Origin: Dehalococcoidia bacterium
Lineage (GTDB): Bacteria; Chloroflexota; Dehalococcoidia; Bin125
Assembly (NCBI GenBank): GCA_963662615.2
Contig: CAXXSR010000001.1
Coordinates: 1,280,001-1,344,000, forward strand
Length of the DNA: 64,000 bases
Reading direction: 5' to 3'
The notes beneath the pieces were generated by a model that had not been told where the DNA came from, made no database searches, and worked only from the letters and a program-made list of their open reading frames with translations. Shown here in pieces: positions 59,304-64,000 of this stretch. Every line of letters starts with the position of its first letter. Position 1 is the stretch's first letter. The position numbers and the translations under genes are program-made.

Positions 59304-60068
59304 ATGCCCGACGACGCCGAGCCGATCGTCGAGGCCACCGACATCGACAAGACGTACCGCACAGATGGCGCCGCGATCCAGGCCCTGCGCGGCGTCTCGC
59401 TTCGGGTGGCCCGCGGCGAGATGGTCAGCATTATGGGGCCGTCCGGCTGCGGCAAGACCACGCTCCTCAACTGCCTCTCCGGCCTCGACGACGTCGATAG
59501 CGGCGTCGTCCGCATTGAGGGCGAGGAGATCCAGCGCCTCTCCGACAACGCCCGCACCGACTATCGCGCCCGCCGTATGGGCTTCGTCTTCCAGTTCTAC
59601 AACCTCCTGCCCGTGCTCTCGGCGGTGGAGAACGTGGAGTTGCCCCTCCTGGTCAGCGGCGTCTCCGCCGGGCAGGCCCGGGAGCGCTCGCGTCGCGCCC
59701 TCGCGGAACTTCACCTCGCCGAGTGGGAGTCGCACCGGCCCGCGCAGCTCTCCGGCGGCCAGCGCCAGCGCGTGACCATCGCCCGCGCCTTGGTCAACAA
59801 CCCCGCCATCGTCTGGGCCGACGAACCCACCGGCGACCTCGACAGCGTCAACGCCGGCGAGATCCTGGACATCATCCAGCGTCTCAATGACGAGAACGGG
59901 CAGTCCTTCGTCATCGTCACCCACGACCCCGTTATCGCCGCCCGCGGCCACCGCACCATCCTCATGCGCGACGGCCGCATTGAGGGCGAAGAGCGGCATC
60001 GGCCCCTCACCTCGCGGCCCATCCCTCGGCGCGATCTCCCCGGCGCCGCCGGCGCTAGCACGCCGTGA
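59304..60068 (+). CDS. ABC transporter ATP-binding protein (LolD/MacB type)
   Basis: [38 protein letters not shown]. Confidence 0.95.
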   Translation: MPDDAEPIVEATDIDKTYRTDGAAIQALRGVSLRVARGEMVSIMGPSGCGKTTLLNCLSGLDDVDSGVVRIEGEEIQRLSDNARTDYRARRMGFVFQFYNLLPVLSAVENVELPLLVSGVSAGQARERSRRALAELHLAEWESHRPAQLSGGQRQRVTIARALVNNPAIVWADEPTGDLDSVNAGEILDIIQRLNDENGQSFVIVTHDPVIAARGHRTILMRDGRIEGEERHRPLTSRPIPRRDLPGAAGASTP

Positions 60069-63000
60069 ACGAACTCTTCGGCGCCCAGATGAGCGACGTC
60101 CTTGTCGTCATCGTGGCGCTCCTAATCGTCATCGCTGTCGTGATCGCCGCGCTCGCCTTGCGCAACCCGCTCCTCTTCAAGCTCGGCATCCGTAACCTGC
60201 CTCGGCGCCGGTCGCAGACCACGCTGATCGTGTTGGGGCTCACGATCAGCACGCTCATCATCGCGACCGCCTTCACCGTCGGCGACACCCTCGCCAGCAG
60301 CCTCCGCAACACCGCCTTCGAGATCACCGGCCCCATCGACCATGTGATCTTCTTCGATACCGACGCCGGCCGCGCCGTCACCCAGCGTGAGGCGGTCATG
60401 CCCCAGGAAGTGGCCGATGACCTCGCCGCCGAGTTCGCCGATGACGAGCACATTGCGCATTTCATCCGCGTCCTCTTCGATGCCGTGGCGATCCAGAACG
60501 TGACCAAGGCCCAGTCCGATCCCAACCTCTTTCTGCTCGGCCTCGATCCGGCCGAGGTGGACGCCCTCGGTGGCATTCCCGCCCGCGGCGGCGGCGACAT
60601 CCGCCTCGGCGAGCTGCAGGCCGGCAAGATCATCCTCAACGAGTCGGCCGCCAACGCGATCGCCGCCGAGGTCGGCGACCGGGTGCAGCTCCGCGTCCTG
60701 GGCCGCGAGGAGCCCTTCGAGGTCTTCGCCATCGCCGAGGACACCCTCCTCAGCGGCAAGGTTGACATCTCCGAGCCGGCCGGCGCTGTGATCGATCTCC
60801 GCCACGCCCAGGAGGTCTTGGAGCAGCCGAACCTCCTCTCCGGCGTCGGCGTCACGCTCGACGTCACGCTCCGCGACGGCACCGCTGCCGGCCTGAAGTT
60901 CTCGGACGACGTCGACCGCAGGCTCAACGCCTTCCTTGAGCAGCGGGCGCTAGCGGAGGTCGATGGAGAAATAGCGCCCGCGGATCGCATTTACGCCGAT
61001 GCCCAGGGCCGCCCCAACTTCGAGTCCGACCCCTTCAAGGCCGACACCGTTGACGACGCCGAGACCTTCGGCTCCATCTTCACCACCTTCTTCCTCGCCA
61101 TGGGGATGTTCTCGATCGCCGCCGGGACCCTGCTCATCTTCCTCGTCTTCGTGATGCTGGCGGAGGAGCGCAAGACGGAGTTAGGCATCTCTCGCGCCAT
61201 CGGCATGCAGCGCGGACAGCTCGTGCAGTCCTTCCTCGCGGAGGGGCTCGCCTACGACCTCGGCGCCGCCCTGGTTGGCACCGCCGCCGGCATCCTCCTC
61301 GCCTTCGGCATGGTCCAGGTGCTGGACGCCGCCTTCGACGACTTCGGTTTCACCTTCACGCCGCACGTGGAGCCCCGCAGTGTCGCCATCGCGGCCGGCA
61401 TCGGCATCGTGCTGACCTTCCTCACCGTCGTCATCGCGGCCTTCCGCGTCAGCCAGCTCAACATCTCCGCCGCCATCCGCGACATCCCCGAGAGTGGGCC
61501 AATCAGGCGCCGGCGCATCTCCGTGCCGGGGATGTTGACGACGACGATCGGCTTGGTCTTAGTAAGCACCCTCTGGATTCCAGTCCTCAACGCCATCGCC
61601 GGCTTCCTGGTGCTGAACGTCCCAGGCCTGGGCGGAGCCATCCGCCGCCGCGGCTGGGGCGAATGGACGGTGATCACAACCTGGCGTTTGATGCGCTGGC
61701 AGCAGGAGTGGTGGTTCACGTTCCTCGCTTTCGGCTTGGTCCTTGTCGCCTCCGGCCTCGACTCCGAGAGCGCCTTCCTGTACCTGGGCGGCCTCTCCCT
61801 CCTCCCCATCGGACTCCTCCTTCTCGCCCGTCGGCTCGGCCGCGCCGGGCGGATCGCCCACAGCCTCATGGGCGCGCTGATCCTCTTCTTCTGGCTCGCC
61901 CCCTTCGACTGGCACAGCGCAGTGACCGGACGGGAGACCGAGGGCGACATTGAGATGTTCGTCCTCTCCGGCATCATGATGGTCACCAGCGCCACCGTCC
62001 TCGTCATCGTCAACCTCGATCTCCTCGCCGCGACTCTCCGCGCGCCGGCACGCCTCTTCGGTCGCTTCGCCCCCGTCGCCCAGACGGCCGCCGCCTACCC
62101 CACCACCATGCGGTTCCGCACCGGCATGACCGTGGCCATGATCGCCATCATCATGTTCGCCCTCGTCACCTTCACCACCATCAACGCCAACTTCTCCCGC
62201 GCCTTCACCAGCGACGTCGCCACCGGCGGCTTCGACGTCCAATCGGACGCCACCCTCAACGACGACGTCGCCGACCTGCGCGCCGAACTCCAGGCGGCCG
62301 GCGCCGGCGACATCGCTGGCAACCTGGCGTCCGTGGGCCGTCTCCGCATCGCCAGCGCTCTAGGGACAGACGTCGTCACGCTCACGACGCAGCGCTTCGA
62401 CTCGCTCGACGATGACCTGGTGCTGGACGGCTCCGGCAACCCCATCGTCGATCCGGTCGCGGAGGGCGACGACCTCTTCGGCGCCCGTCTCGCCTTCCTC
62501 ACGGGCGCGGATGCGGCCTTCCTGCGCGACAATGAGGTGCGGCTCCAGGCGCGCGCCTTCGGCTTCGATTCCGACGAAGCGGTCTGGCGGGCCCTCCAGG
62601 ACGGCGACGAGCGCTACGCCGTCGTCACCGCGCTCGCCGTCGAGGAGGACGGCGGCTTCGGCGACCTCGACGACGAGAGCTTTCAGATGCCGGACACGAT
62701 CGATGCCGCCTCTGAGCGGATCCCCCGCGTGCGGGTGGAGCTTCAGAACGGCGGCCGCTCCCTGGACGCCACCATCATCGGCGTCGTCGATCAGGTCGTC
62801 GGCGTGACGCAGCCCGCTTTCCCCTTCGTCGCCAGCATCATCGTCAGCGACGCGCTCTTCGATCAGCTCTACGACGGCGCCGACCTCACACGTCACCTCA
62901 GCCGCGTGGGCGACGGCGTCGATCCCCTCGAGACGGCGCAAGCCATCGAAGCCACGCTCCGCATTGAGACGGTCTCCATCACTGACGAGCTGGAAGACCA

Positions 63001-63421
63001 GCAATCGACGTTCCGGGCGATCCTGCGGCTCTTCCAAGGCTTCACCGGCCTGGGCCTGCTCGCCGGCATCGCCGCCCTCGGCGTCATCTCGGTGCGGGCG
63101 GTGGTCGAGCGGCGGCAGCACATCGGCGTGCTCCGCGCCATCGGCTACCGCCGCGGGCTCATCGGCCTGGAACTCATGCTGGAGATGGGCTTCATTGCGA
63201 CCCTGGGGATCGGCATGGGCATCACCCTCGCCCTGGCGCTGGCCTGGCGCCTCTTCGATGAGGGCGTCTTCGGCAGCATCGGCGGGCTCGCCTTCTACGT
63301 GCCGGCCGGCCAGATCGCCATCTTCGCGGCCGCCGCACTGCTCGCCACCCTCATCATGACCTACCTCCCGGCCCGCCAGGCCGCCCGCACCACCATCGCC
63401 GAGGCGCTCCGCTACGAGTGA
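60065..63421 (+). CDS. ABC transporter permease with duplicated FtsX/MacB-like domains
   Basis: [13 protein letters not shown] and [13 protein letters not shown], terminal PARQAA..EALRYE. Confidence 0.92.
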   Translation: MNELFGAQMSDVLVVIVALLIVIAVVIAALALRNPLLFKLGIRNLPRRRSQTTLIVLGLTISTLIIATAFTVGDTLASSLRNTAFEITGPIDHVIFFDTDAGRAVTQREAVMPQEVADDLAAEFADDEHIAHFIRVLFDAVAIQNVTKAQSDPNLFLLGLDPAEVDALGGIPARGGGDIRLGELQAGKIILNESAANAIAAEVGDRVQLRVLGREEPFEVFAIAEDTLLSGKVDISEPAGAVIDLRHAQEVLEQPNLLSGVGVTLDVTLRDGTAAGLKFSDDVDRRLNAFLEQRALAEVDGEIAPADRIYADAQGRPNFESDPFKADTVDDAETFGSIFTTFFLAMGMFSIAAGTLLIFLVFVMLAEERKTELGISRAIGMQRGQLVQSFLAEGLAYDLGAALVGTAAGILLAFGMVQVLDAAFDDFGFTFTPHVEPRSVAIAAGIGIVLTFLTVVIAAFRVSQLNISAAIRDIPESGPIRRRRISVPGMLTTTIGLVLVSTLWIPVLNAIAGFLVLNVPGLGGAIRRRGWGEWTVITTWRLMRWQQEWWFTFLAFGLVLVASGLDSESAFLYLGGLSLLPIGLLLLARRLGRAGRIAHSLMGALILFFWLAPFDWHSAVTGRETEGDIEMFVLSGIMMVTSATVLVIVNLDLLAATLRAPARLFGRFAPVAQTAAAYPTTMRFRTGMTVAMIAIIMFALVTFTTINANFSRAFTSDVATGGFDVQSDATLNDDVADLRAELQAAGAGDIAGNLASVGRLRIASALGTDVVTLTTQRFDSLDDDLVLDGSGNPIVDPVAEGDDLFGARLAFLTGADAAFLRDNEVRLQARAFGFDSDEAVWRALQDGDERYAVVTALAVEEDGGFGDLDDESFQMPDTIDAASERIPRVRVELQNGGRSLDATIIGVVDQVVGVTQPAFPFVASIIVSDALFDQLYDGADLTRHLSRVGDGVDPLETAQAIEATLRIETVSITDELEDQQSTFRAILRLFQGFTGLGLLAGIAALGVISVRAVVERRQHIGVLRAIGYRRGLIGLELMLEMGFIATLGIGMGITLALALAWRLFDEGVFGSIGGLAFYVPAGQIAIFAAAALLATLIMTYLPARQAARTTIAEALRYE

Positions 63422-63453
63422 CCGGCCGCCGCCACGCCGTTTCCCGCTCCGCC

Positions 63454-63999
63454 CTACCCCAACACCTCCGACGCCACCAAATCCGCCACCTCATCCTCGC
63501 TATAGCCCAGGATCCGCGTCGCCACCTCCCACGTGTGCTCGCCGAACAGCGGCGCCGCCCGCGTCAGTTCGCCTGCTGTGCCGTGAAGCCTTACGGCCGG
63601 CCCGTCGTAGGCGCTGCGACCGGTCTCGGGATGGTCCAAATACACGTAGTAGCCCCGCTCGCGCAGGTGCTCGTCGTGCTCCAGCATGTCCTCCGCGTCG
63701 TGGACCACGCCGGACGGCACGCCCGCCTCTTGCAGCCGCTGGACCAGCGGAAAGGCCTCCTCCGACACCGTCCACCCGCCGATCCCCTCCTCCAGCGCAT
63801 CCTCGTCCCGCCTGCGGCCCAGGATCGTCGTAAAGCGCTCGTCCTGTGTGAACGGCTGCCCCGCCGCCACCCGACGAAGCCCCTGCCACTCGGCGTCGTC
63901 CCCCACGGCGATAACGATCCAGCGTTCGCGCTCCGGCTCTTGGTTCGGCCCCGGCGGGTGCCGGCGCGGCTCGTCCCGACAGCGAAACGCTCCATGCGG
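63454..63999 (-). CDS. Class III CoA-transferase, C-terminal part (5'-truncated by window edge)
   Basis: Frame open to the edge: PHGAFRC..WIVIAV, AGVP, APLFGEHT. Confidence 0.85.
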   Translation of the reverse strand, partial: PHGAFRCRDEPRRHPPGPNQEPERERWIVIAVGDDAEWQGLRRVAAGQPFTQDERFTTILGRRRDEDALEEGIGGWTVSEEAFPLVQRLQEAGVPSGVVHDAEDMLEHDEHLRERGYYVYLDHPETGRSAYDGPAVRLHGTAGELTRAAPLFGEHTWEVATRILGYSEDEVADLVASEVLG

Positions 64000-64000
64000 C

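Overview
High-GC bacterial chromosome segment. Gene content (cofC/cofD, luciferase-like monooxygenase, several class III CoA-transferases, RNase Y, GAAC-N4-GTTC SOS boxes) suggests a Chloroflexota/Dehalococcoidia-like monoderm; this assignment is inference. Housekeeping blocks: nrdJ, radical SAM-yggS-proC-yggT/yggU, recA-recX-rny-ymdB-PHP-fabZ, tRNA-Asp, folP, thioredoxin-TPR, cofC/cofD and a second nrdJ. These alternate with accessory genes: an amidohydrolase broken by an in-frame TAG, zwf, a glycosylation locus flanked by secreted surface proteins, an LLM oxidoreductase, a sulfite-oxidase-family enzyme, tandem RDD genes, and tandem DUF3105-like genes before an ABC system. Most notable: (1) a hidden UGA-recoded UGSC-motif selenoprotein (41252-41782), split in two by the ORF track and coupled to a CxxC redoxin fusion of unknown function; (2) a possible protein-glycosylation system with a GT-C/AglB-like membrane protein beside a sequon-rich surface protein; (3) an unannotated ~130-nt transcription unit with a 17-codon leader ORF and attenuator-like alternative pairings (52505-52650); (4) a histone H1-like protein built from 13-aa repeats. 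No CRISPR array, integrase or transposase was seen. All family assignments are by motif recognition, not database search.
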